NCBI GenBank assembly: GCA_951406725.2 | Contig: OX597819.1 | Span: 45,570,001-45,634,000, forward strand | Direction: 5' to 3' | DNA from: Octopus vulgaris | Taxonomy: Eukaryota | DNA length: 64,000 bases | Shown: piece after piece, positions 52,703 to 64,000 of the stretch | How positions within the stretch are numbered: position 1 is the first letter of the stretch | Layout: each line of letters begins with the position of its first letter | Notes under the pieces: generated by a model | Seen by the model: only the letters and a program-made list of their open reading frames with translations | The model's database searches: none | Told to the model about the DNA's origin: nothing | Position numbers and translations under genes: made by a program

Positions 52703-53528
52703 TTGTCAACTGTTAATTGTCAATTGTCAATATTATACTACGGAATCAGAATTAGTGACGGAATAATCTTTCTAAAATATAAAGTAATAAAGAGAATGAG
52801 AAAGCTAAAAGAACATTATTCATTTTTTATGTTAAAACCGTCTGGAATTGTCTTTTACATAAGAATTCTGAGCCAAACACTGGGCTAGGACTGATAATAA
52901 CACGCAAAATGGCACTATCATAAATAACAGCTAGAATAATCTCAAAGAAAGAAAAAATAGGGAGCATGAGAAATATTTACTTTAGGTTATAAGCGACGAA
53001 AACGCATTTTGAAAATGTCAAAAGCGACAAGCCTATTTATTCACTTAACCCAAACATAGTTTTTACATACTAAAAATTATTTAAAATTTGTTAAGCTGAA
53101 GACCAGGCCCTGGTCAGTTAAATATGATTTAATTTTTCTGCTGCAACATCCTTTTTAGCCGAAATACACGCAAACATGCATAGACTATAACTCATCTCTA
53201 TACAAAAGTAATATGTGATCCGTTCTTTCATTCTTTCTCTGCTTTTTACGTATGTTAAAGATGTCAAACTTACATTAAGAATATAGACTTCAGTATATTT
53301 ACAGTTAAACAAGAATACGATAGCATTATCTATATGCAAACGTCTATTTCTATATTTTTTCTTTTCATACATACGATTACATAGAAAAAAACTATTTACT
53401 CCTGTTAAAAAGTTAAACTTGATTTAATTAGACAAAAACAATATCCATGAAACAAAACATTTAAAGGATTTTCAAGTTTTCTCAGTATTTTCCTATACAT
53501 TCACATTTACACAGGCCATATATACATA

Positions 53529-53573
<45 letters not shown>

Positions 53574-53768
53574 TTATTCATATATATACATGTGTGTGTG
53601 TGTACACATATACGTCTATGCATAAATATATATATATACTTATATATATATAATATATATATATACTGTTGTGCCTGGAGAGAGTCATTTCCTTTTTGTG
53701 CCTTATAATGTAACACACGTAACACACTCACCGATAAAGTTTCCACTTATTTTTTAATATTTTTTAAA

Positions 53769-53813
<45 letters not shown>

Positions 53814-54206
53814 TATATATATATATATAATATGTGTGTATGTGTGTGGGTGTGTTTACATACGCACACATTAGATAAAATAATTTTCTCTGTACGCATA
53901 TTTTCATTTTCTAGAGTTTACATTTCAAACAAACCGACTATTTTACCAAACGTCAAGCAAATTCCACCTCAGGAATGGTCAATACAATTCAACATCTTAT
54001 TTACAGAACAAACTTTATTTTGGAGAGTATTTCATATTTGTCCAACTGAGCGAGTTACGCTACCTTCATAAATACAGAAGTTATTTATATGTAACTTCTA
54101 TTTGGTGTACACTGCCGTCAGCCATTATGCATTCATAACATTCTGAATTGTTATAAATATAGATACATAACTACATACATACACACATGCTCACACATAC
54201 CTATGC

Positions 54207-54277
<71 letters not shown>

Positions 54278-54516
54278 TATATACACATATATATATGAAC
54301 ATAAAATTGGGTATACGAATGTGTATATATATATGTGTGTGTGTGGATATATATACATACGTACATACATTCATACATACATATATATATATATATTCAC
54401 ACGTAGACGTAGACGTATGTGTACAAATATAATTTACATTGATAGATATAATGTAATACGTGCATATGTAACTATGAATCAGTCACACACTTTCTCTCAC
54501 CCTCTCTCTCTCTCAG

Positions 54517-54575
<59 letters not shown>

Positions 54576-54604
54576 GTATATATATATGTGTGTATGAATA
54601 TATA

Positions 54605-54652
<48 letters not shown>

Positions 54653-54951
54653 TGCATTTAAATAAACAGACATATTCGATCGTGTAGAATTTATACACAA
54701 AAAGGTATTTACTTATGTACGAGGGAAACATTTGTTTTGGTTGGCATATAATCACGCACAAGCATACACGCACACGCACGTGCACAAGCATACGCTCACA
54801 CATACACGTGCACGCGCACGCTAACACACACACTCATATATATATGTATATACACACACACATACATACATACGTACATATGTATGTGTATATCCATATA
54901 TAGCTGCATGTGTATAAATATGAATAACGAGATATAGATATTCACACAAAC

Positions 54952-54994
<43 letters not shown>

Positions 54995-54999
54995 TAGAT

Positions 55000-55131
55000 A
55001 GATAGATAGTTAGAGAGATAGAGAGATATAAATATAGATATAGATAGAAAGATAGAGAGACAGACAGGCAGGCAGGCACACAGACAGACATAGAAAACAG
55101 ATAGACAGAGAAGACTGACATACGGACAAAC

Positions 55132-55205
<74 letters not shown>

Positions 55206-55223
55206 ATAGATAGACGATGGATG

Positions 55224-55275
<52 letters not shown>

Positions 55276-55292
55276 GATAGATAGATAGATAA
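55000..55292. repeat. (GATA)n/(GACA)n array
   Basis: Directly visible. Confidence 0.9.
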
Positions 55293-55685
55293 AGTGTGCG
55301 TGCAGATCTGTGGTATATCAAGTGAATATTAAGTAAACAGAATGATATCTTCACGTGCACAAATATAAGATTTCTATAAGAAGCTCTCATCTAGGTCTAG
55401 CATAAAATCCTTCGCTACGATTCAACAACGGGGTGGCTATTATTTGTTGATAATGATTTCAGGCTAAACAGAGGTTCTTCTGCTTATATTCGGACCGTAA
55501 CAACCTACGCCTACACTCACCTTCGTAACGTCTCCAATACAGACACATAAACACGCACACACGCGCGCACACACACACACATATATATATGTATGTGTGT
55601 CGGTATGTCTGTGTGTATGAATGTTTATATTTATATATGCGTATTCTATGTATGTATCTATCTATCTACCTATCTCTCTTCTCTC

Positions 55686-55747
<62 letters not shown>

Positions 55748-56282
55748 TAGTTGTAATGCATGGTGTCTGCATACAGTATAATTGTATATATATGTATGTG
55801 TATGTGTGCGTGTGTGTGTATATGTATGTACATGTGTGTATGCACTTTGTGGGTCTTTGTTGTATAGATGTAGCGTATGTGTGTGTGTATATATACCTAT
55901 TAGTCTATGTTTCTATATACACAGACACAAACACACACACATCCACGTGTCCCTGTATACATACGTACATATGTACTTATGCATTGTAAATTTTCGCTGG
56001 ACGAAATTCATCGTAACTCTTTTATTTTACTAAAAAGCTTCTGCCACTTTTTAAATCAAAATATGCAATATTATGCAGATGAGTTTCAACGAGACTGGAA
56101 CGATGTCCGTAGATGTTCTCTTGCTTACAAGAGTAAAACAAAATCGAACTATATACTAATCATTGAAATGTATTTTATTAGAATCACTCTGAAATTCTTG
56201 AATTTATCTCCCCTGTTCACTGATGTTTAAGTATTGTAAAATGTTTGAGGTTTCTTTTCCCACCCTCTACTGATTTCAAATG

Positions 56283-56452
56283 TTAGCACAAAGTCATCAA
56301 CACCGGGTTTGGAGGGAAGTTGATTACATCGACCTCAGGGTTCAATTGGTATTTATTTTATTGACCTCGACAGGATGAAAGTTGCAGTCGACCTCGGCAG
56401 AATTTGAACCCAGAATGCGAAGATGGCCGAAATGCCGCTAACTATTGCCCGC
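56283..56452 (-). mobile_element. Decayed SINE-B
   Basis: gattacatcgacctcag...aggatgaaagttgcagtcgacctcggcagaatttgaacccagaa. Confidence 0.75.
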
Positions 56453-58198
56453 GTCCAACCAAGTAAGCGTATATAGATCCATGAACATGCACGGGTGCAC
56501 ATGTATATTGGTGCGCACACACGCACGTGTACACCAATGTACACGTATCTGTGCGTATGCATGCAGTACATACATATGCACAAGGGGTGAGTGTGTATTA
56601 GAAGACAAGCATGAAGTGTTGGGGATTAGAGATTTGCGGTGCTCTTCATAGGAGTTAATTTGTGATAGTGACCTTGGTGCAGGCAATGCTGGGAGTAGCT
56701 GTTACTAAGGAGGTATCACCGGGTTTTCGGCTGCCAGTGGATTGAAATTTATCAGAAGGTGCCAGCAATTTGATACATCATATTACTTGCTGATAGGTAC
56801 AGTTTTCTGCGAGATTACACATGGCAATTGGGGATGCCCTGTCGACAATATTTCACTTGATGTTGGATGTTTCGTCTCGGAGGTCTCGAAATCTCGAGTG
56901 AAAACGCGACAAGGAAGTGGAATTCTATCTGAAGTTTATGATTCAAGTAGAAAAATCTAAGGTAATTGGTGATCGTTATTATTGGGGACAAGAGAGGTAA
57001 TTGTTCATCTTTCGGGGAGGAGATAAATACGCTCAAAAGATTTAAAAGCTGAAGTAGTGAAAAAAACTACGTACAGTGATGTGTATGTGATCATGGATTA
57101 AAATATATACCAAGATCAAAGTTAGTTAAGCGTTCATATTTAGACACGTTCTGTAGTTATCGATGAACAGATTTTCTTTATTTAAACGTTCTTGTACAGA
57201 AATTGTTTCTTTGCGGTGGTTGACGGGGAAAACTGTGAAGTTTGGTTGGATATTACCAAAAAGAAAGAATAAGAGAATATATATTGCTTGTCTCCGTCTC
57301 CGTCTTTTGTCTTTCTGTAAATTTCAACTATATATATATATATATATATACATGTTGTCGTACGGCCTAATGTTGCTTTTTCCGAAAACGAAAAATAGCG
57401 AAACCGTTGTACTGCACTTTGACAAATTTTGATATGTTGGCATCTGAAGCAGCTGGAGATACTATAGTTTCACCAAAAGAACCGGCTATTGCAAGCAAGC
57501 AAAAATAAATATTGAATAAAACGCATTTGGACAAATTTGGACATACCACTGTTTAACATAATGGCAATAATGTGTATTCATTAAAACTAAAATGTTCCGA
57601 TTTCCAATAAACAGCGTTGCTTTTTTTGCAACCATCAGCGTATTTAACTTGCATTTATATTCAAATACATATTTAGTCCCGTCTGCCTCTTCTCTCGATA
57701 TATATATATATATATATCTGTGCTTGTGTGTTTGTGTGTGTGTATACAGAGAGAGAGAGAGAGAGTTAGTGAGAAAGAATACGAAGGAGTCTATCAGAGA
57801 TATAGACAGAAAGATTATTAAACTTAACCTTATGCGAATAATCGTAGTTAAGTATCAGTTATTGTTTGAGCAAATCATACAGAGCAGTACTTCTAAACGT
57901 AATTGTTACTAGGACAAACAAGTAATATGCTCGCAACTGGAGATCAGCATGCAGCTAGAAAACTGCATATCAATAAGAAACGTTAGATATATAGTAATAT
58001 TGCAAAGCATACATGTATGAATGTAAATTTTGCTGTTGTCAGTTGACTTTTGTAATTCTGTATTAACAATTAAATGTCTCGTTGTAAGAATGCAATGTAC
58101 TGGACTAAAAAAATACTATTATAATTTAAAGCTTCTGCATCACAGACAGTAGAACAGGAGCAACAATTCTTCAACGTGATTGTCAGCGTGAACTCAAG

Positions 58199-58239
<41 letters not shown>

Positions 58240-58580
58240 AACACAAACACACACACACACAATATATACGTAAATGAGAACGAGTGCTCAACACCCCATT
58301 GGTCGAGAAACTTTCTTTATTTGTGTATTAAAGCTACCATTGGTTTCATGTTAAGAAAGTATCTTAATCTCTTAACAATTCTGTAAGCCGATCAGATAGA
58401 GGAATGGTGTTCGTCTCCATTTTGGATGAAAACACGACGATTCGTATAAATATACATGTATGTATGTATACCTATCTATCTATATACATACACACACACA
58501 CACACATACACACACACACTCACATACACATACACACACACACACACATATATATATATACATATATATACATATATATA

Positions 58581-59866
58581 CGAGGGACGTTCAATAAGTA
58601 ATGCCTCTGACCCACTTGCAGTTGTTTGATCTAGCTGATTTTGCATGTGCAATCATTTATATCTCTATAGAGTAAGTGGCAAATTACAGCACTGAATTAA
58701 TTGTGGTTTCTGATTTACATGTGTTTGAACCGAGTCAAGTGTTAAATGGAGCCTGTTGAGTGTCGAGCAGTGATCCGGTTTTTGTATTTGAAAGGACGCA
58801 CACCACGGGAGACTTTTGATGAAATGAAAGTAACTTATGGTGATGATGTCCCATCATATGACCTTGTAAAACGCTGGCATCGTGAATTCAAACATGGTCG
58901 GAACTCTGTGGAAACAGCTCCCAGATCTGGTCGCCCCCTTCTGCCATTGATGAGGCATCTGTCCGTCAAGTTGAGGCTGCCATTTTGGAAGATCGACGCT
59001 TAACTATTCGCCAAATAGCCCATGAGGTCAAGATTAGTACCGGGTCTGTGCAAACTATCATTCATGACCATTTGCATATGCAAAAGGTATCTGCCAGATG
59101 GATTCCCAGGTTGCTCACGCCTTTCCAGAAGCAAGAACGCGTCGAGTGCTCGAGGGTGAATTTGGAGATGTGCCAAGAAGATGAGGCAAAATTTTTCAAA
59201 AGACTGATTACACAGGATGAAACCTGGGTCCATCTCGATGATCCAGAGACCAAAGCCCAGTCAATGCAGTGGAAGCATCGTGACTCACCCCCTCCAAAGA
59301 AGGCAAGGGTGCAGCCCTCCGCTGGCAAGGTCATGCTCACAGTCTTCTGGGACCAGGACGGAGTAGCGATGACAGATTTCCTGGCAAAGGGTACCACAAT
59401 TGCAGGAGCCTATTATGCTTCACTTTTGAGGAAATTAAGAGAAGTTATCAAAATCAAGAGGCGGGGCAAGATTAGCAAAGGCATCCTCCTCCTGCAGGAC
59501 AACGCTCCGGTCCACAACTCGCTTGTCGCCAGATCAGAAGCACAGGCGTATGGTTATGAACTCTTCCCCCATCCCCCTACTTTCCTGACCTTGCACCCTC
59601 TGATTTTCACCTCTTCTCAGCCATGAAGTTGTTTTTGAAAGGAAAGCGTTTCCCAGATGATGCAACCTTGATTTCTGAAGTCGCGTTCAGGTTGGAGGAC
59701 CAAGCTGGGGTCTTCTATAAAAACGGTCTCCAGAGCTGCATCAAACAATGGGAGAAATGCGTAACTCTGGGTGGTTCCTATGTAGAAAAAGACTAATAAC
59801 TGTGCCAAGTTTCGTTGCTCTACTCCTATGGGAAGTGGGTCAGGGGCATTACTTGAACGCCCCTCG
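58581..59866 (+). mobile_element. Full-length mariner (DD34D, irritans-like), inactive
   Basis: TIRs cgagggacgttcaataagtaatgcctctgacccactt / aagtgggtcaggggcattacttgaacgcccctcg, TA flanks, 1286 bp. The subfamily call rests on recall of CGAGGG-type ends. Confidence 0.95.
58746..59796 (+). pseudogene. Mariner transposase with two frameshifts
   Basis: RAVIRFLYLKG...APRSGRP / VSARWIPRLLT...LITQDETW...SAGKVMLTVFWD...LLQDNAPVH...HPP / PDLAPSDFHLF...GGSYVEKD*. Shifts near 58940 and 59580. Confidence 0.95.
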
Positions 59867-59985
59867 TATATACATGGCCTGCTCGCTTAGCCAGCGGGGT
59901 GGCGTCATTCGAAGGCTAAAACAATGCGAACGCATTGTGACCAGCGATATGTAACAACATCTGATGGTCTGGTCGGCCACGTGAT

Positions 59986-60025
<40 letters not shown>

Positions 60026-60556
60026 TTGTAAAAATTGGGTGTCAACATGAAGGGGTATGGTTTCAACTGTAGCAGAACCACCCTACTACTACTTCTACAC
60101 ATTCAAAGCAGTTTGCCCACAGTACCTAAGCAACAACACACTTTGTTAAACTCACTTTCTGCTACCAAATTCAGGCGACGACAGACAGAGAGGATGCTCT
60201 TGAAGCCGAGAATTTGAACTTACGGAGACAATATTTACATGTCGCCAGAGGAAACACAACTAAATCTCGAAATGCAGGGAATCGGTTAATCATAATGAAG
60301 TACCTGCACGCCTGGAGAACTATGTTGCGTGGAAACAATTGTAGTGATAGTAAATGTCCAACCCTACCCATTCTTGTTGACAGATGAGCAAATGCAAATC
60401 TGAAATGACATATAATACTACAACTGGTTAGCACAGGCTGCAATCTGAAGGTGGGCGAGCTTTATACTGTACACTACTACGTTCTTACTAGAATATAACA
60501 TAACTGTATACATATCTATATATAAACAAATATATATACGTATGTATGTATGTATG

Positions 60557-60650
<94 letters not shown>

Positions 60651-60707
60651 TTTATGTATATATATATATGTATATCTTAGAGTGTGTGCTTGTGTGTGTG
60701 CGTGTGT

Positions 60708-60766
<59 letters not shown>

Positions 60767-60782
60767 TTATACTTACATGGTG

Positions 60783-61088
60783 AAGGAGCGTGGCTTAGTG
60801 ATTAGGGTAATCGTCTCAAGATCGCAAGTTCATGAGCTGAAAGAAAAAAAAACAGCGCATGACACTATTTTTCCCGTTGCTTCAGTCTACTCAGCTTGCA
60901 AAAATGAGTTTACCTGTAACTCAAAGATGAACCTTGTCACATGCTGTGTTACGCTGAATCTCCTTCAGAACTACATTAAGTGTACGAGTGTTTATGGTGT
61001 GTTCAGCCACTTGCACGTTAATTTCACGAGCAAGCATTTTCGTTAATCGGATCAACTGGAACCCTCGTTTTCGTAACTGAACGAGTGT
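60783..61088 (+). mobile_element. Chimeric SINE: D-like head, C-type tail
   Basis: gagcgtggcttagtgattaggg head; tail ccttgtcaca...tgtgttacgctgaat...cagccacttgcacgttaatttcacgagc...ggatcaactggaaccctcg matches SINE-C. Confidence 0.75.
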
Positions 61089-61977
61089 CAGTCACTATTT
61101 ATATGAGTAATTACGATAAGTTTATATTATCATTTTCTGCAAAAGATAATAAATGTAAAAAGGAACGATTTAAACCCACGAATCATCATGGAGCACCTTA
61201 TCGCGCTGTGATATACAGAACTAATCTGGTTAGAATATGGATTTCAAATTTCCAAACAGCCACAAGGAGGAAACGTGTATTGGAACTAATAACATAAACT
61301 CTTGGTCATTGTATTTTCTCTAACATTTGACTGGTATATCATAACTAGTATTATTACTAAGTGTAGTAGATGCTTAACTATTACACTGGAAGCAGACTGG
61401 AGAATGATTGTCAACGAGGACCTCTAAACTTCACAACCGCAGTCGTACATGTTTGTGCACACACAAGAGACAACGAATATATTTGTGTCTGTGTGCACAT
61501 ATGTGTGTGTGTGTGAATAGATGTGTGTATGTCTCATGCGTATGTAGATGTAGATTTATATACGTTCATATATATGAATGCATAGATATACGTATATGTA
61601 TATACGCATGTGTAAATGTACGAATGTGTGTGTGTATATATATATATATACACACACACACACGAACAAAAAAAAAACACATGTAGATGTACACATTTAA
61701 TGGGATATTTATATTCATCCATATTTTGATGCATGTGTATGTAATATGTACATCCATCCATCATCACACATACGCACGCACACAGATACACACTCATATT
61801 GATAACGGTTCGACGCAGTTATTTGTAGCCTAAAATTTCGTGCGGGCGTAGGACGCGTCCATCACATTAGATGTAAGTGTATGCATGTATGTATGTATAT
61901 ATATATATATATATATATATGTAGAGAGAGAGAGAGAGAGAGAGAGACAAACACAGACACACACACCCACACCCATG

Positions 61978-62024
<47 letters not shown>

Positions 62025-62027
62025 ATA

Positions 62028-63276
62028 CAGTGGTTGGACAAAATAATGGAAACACCTAGCATCATAATATCATAATTTTGAAATATCTATAAAACCGTCA
62101 AAGCTTGTTTATTTTTATGTTTTTTTATTTATTATTTGAGTTGCTTAATATGTTTTGCTAAAATTGCTATTTTCAGATATCATCAGAAAAAGGTAATTAA
62201 AATTCATTAAAATAACGAATCTACCGACTTTCAAAAAGGTCAAATTGCTGGTGCTCGTATAGCAGGCGCTAGCGTAACAAAAAACAGCCAAAATGTTTGG
62301 TCTATCAAAAAGTACTGTCTCGAAAGTAATGACAGCCTTTGAAAAAGAGAGAAAAACCTCGTCGAAGCAAATCTCCGGAAGAAAAACCAAAGATAGGGAC
62401 CGTCGGACTTATACGCGAATTGTTAGAAAGGATCACAAAGATACAGCTTCCAAAATTACTGCAGAGCTTAATGACCAACTCAAGAACCCAGTTTCCGCAA
62501 AATCTGTTCGGCGGGAGCTGCACAAACCCGGATTTCACGGGAGGGCTGCAATCAGAAAACCACTGCTTTCAAAAACAAACGTTGCAAAGCGTTAAGAGTG
62601 AAGTAAAAACCTACAGAATTGATCCCTAGCGCGGTGGAAGAATGTTATTTTCTCAGATTAATCATCCTTTACATTATTTACGACCACCGTCCGCGTATAC
62701 ATATGGAGACAGCCAAAAGAAGCATTTGACTCAGACTACCTTCTTCCAACTGTTAGACATCGAGGAAGATCTGTGATGATCTGGGTGGCTGTAATTTGGA
62801 AATCCACCGGCCCAATGGTTTTCCTACATGGCAGAATTAATTGTCAAGTCTATTGAAGTATTTTCTCTGATCAAATTCGTCCTATACTTGCGGAACTGTT
62901 TCCGGGGGAAAACGCTATCTTTCAGGATGATAGTGCATCAATTCACACAGCTAAATTTGTTACTGAATGGCTCGAGGAACATTCTAGTGAAGTTGAACAT
63001 CTTATCTGGCCACCACAGTCCCCATATCTCAATATTATTGAACATTTATGGTGCATTTTAAGAAACAAGAAAGGAGTCAATATCCTCCGCCATCAAGAAC
63101 TGGAGACTGCTTTAGCTGAAGAATGGACAAAAATTCCTTTGGAAACAATTCAAACTTGCTATGAGTCCATACCTCGTAGAATTTAAGCTGTAATTACTGC
63201 CAAAGGTGGTCTTATCCCTTATTAAAATAAATTTGTTGAAAATTTTAGGTGTTTCCATTATTTTGTGCAACCCCTA
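62028..63276 (+). mobile_element. Full-length inactive Tc1-like transposon (DD36E spacing)
   Basis: TIRs cagtggttggacaaaataatggaaacaccta / taggtgtttccattattttgtgcaaccccta, TA flanks inside (TA)n, 1249 bp. Confidence 0.93.
62212..63225 (+). pseudogene. Tc1-like transposase pseudogene
   Basis: DFQKGQIAGAR...TAKMFGLSKSTVSKV...WKNVIFSD*SSF...IFQDDSASIH...WPPQSPYLNIIEHLW...KGGLIPY*. Multiple stops and frameshifts. Confidence 0.92.
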
Positions 63277-63307
63277 TATATATATATACATATATACATA
63301 TATATAT

Positions 63308-63511
63308 CAAAAGACGTCAACAAGAAACTATGGTATTACAACCAGCCAGGCAAAGTCGTCGGTACATTTGCGGCACCTGCCAGAGGGAGTGTTTGTCCAG
63401 GATAGGACTACACAGCCACAGCAGATGTATTAGAACATGAAATGTAAAAGCCAGACTAGATTATTTTATGCGCAACTCCATTGTCTCCCGAGACAAAAAG
63501 GATGCCAACAA
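63308..63511 (+). mobile_element. RTE-clade LINE extreme 3' end (different family from 20574)
   Basis: YICGTCQRECLSRIGLHSHSRC C2H2-like terminus, then a 3' UTR with tgtctc-cc-gagaca stem and ggatgccaacaa. Confidence 0.8.
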
Positions 63512-63529
63512 TATATATGTATATATATA

Positions 63530-63692
63530 CGAAGGGGTTCTTTCAGTTTTCGTCTACCAAATCTGCTCACAAGGCTTTGGTTGCCCCGAGGCCATAGTAG
63601 AAGATACTAGCCCAAAATGCCACGCAGTGGGACTGAACCCAGAACCATGTGGCTGGGAAGGAGGCTACTTATTACACAGCTACTCCTGCGCC
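63530..63692 (-). mobile_element. SINE-A 5' half
   Basis: ttctttcagttttcgtctaccaaat...gccacgcagtgggactgaaccc...acacagctact. Confidence 0.85.
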
Positions 63693-64000
63693 TATATATG
63701 TATATATTTTATAAATGTATATGTACACATATACACATACATACATGCATGTCTATATGCATGCACACACTAGTACATGAATACACACACACACGTTCTC
63801 TAGCCAATATATTTCATACAATACATATCATAAAACAACGCAAGCAACAGAAATCATTGATATCAGTAAATAAAAGCTTGTATATTGTTTTCCTGGTAAT
63901 TCTACGTTGGCAATATTTGATTTTCAATTTTAGATTCATGAAACTACAATAACAGGAATGTGAAAGATTGTGAGTGCCCAATATAGACATTTTACCTAGC

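Noticed and set aside
56590-57040. Non-repetitive, moderately GC-rich block
   Set aside because: The frames I translated by hand had stops and no recognisable motif; left unassigned.
59978-59991. Palindromic double E-box cacgtgatcacgtg
   Set aside because: It lies at the end of a repeat-like fragment next to (TA)n, with no evidence of regulatory function.

Overview
Eukaryotic, AT-rich, repeat-saturated DNA, intergenic or deep intronic. It is most likely cephalopod (Octopus-like); this is an inference from the extreme (TA)n/(CA)n/(AAT)n/(GATA)n density and from SINE sequences recalled from octopus genomes, not a database result. I could not support any intact host gene, rRNA, tRNA gene or CRISPR array. 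Almost all ORFs in the track are translations of microsatellites. The real coding remnants are all transposon-derived: a TSD-bounded, 5'-truncated RTE LINE (20574-22201, -) plus two RTE 3' fragments; four different R4/Dong-type 3' ends with a restriction-like endonuclease, stacked in pairs in (TAA)n arrays (12.5-14.1 kb and 48.2-49.1 kb); a decayed CR1/Jockey-group RT fragment; two full-length dead DD34D mariners; a full-length DD36E Tc1; a DD37D (maT-like) fragment; and an internally deleted Helitron with both ends. At least four tRNA-headed SINE families occur (labelled here A-D), with dimeric and chimeric copies. The most notable signals are minimal type-I hammerhead ribozyme motifs in Penelope-like repeats (44751-44802, 41676-41713), a ~780-bp decayed palindrome (39391-40169), a cluster of inverted-repeat mini-elements (24.3-25.1 kb), a fold-back at the RTE 5' junction, and a near-identical 2-kb tandem duplication (29304-33321).
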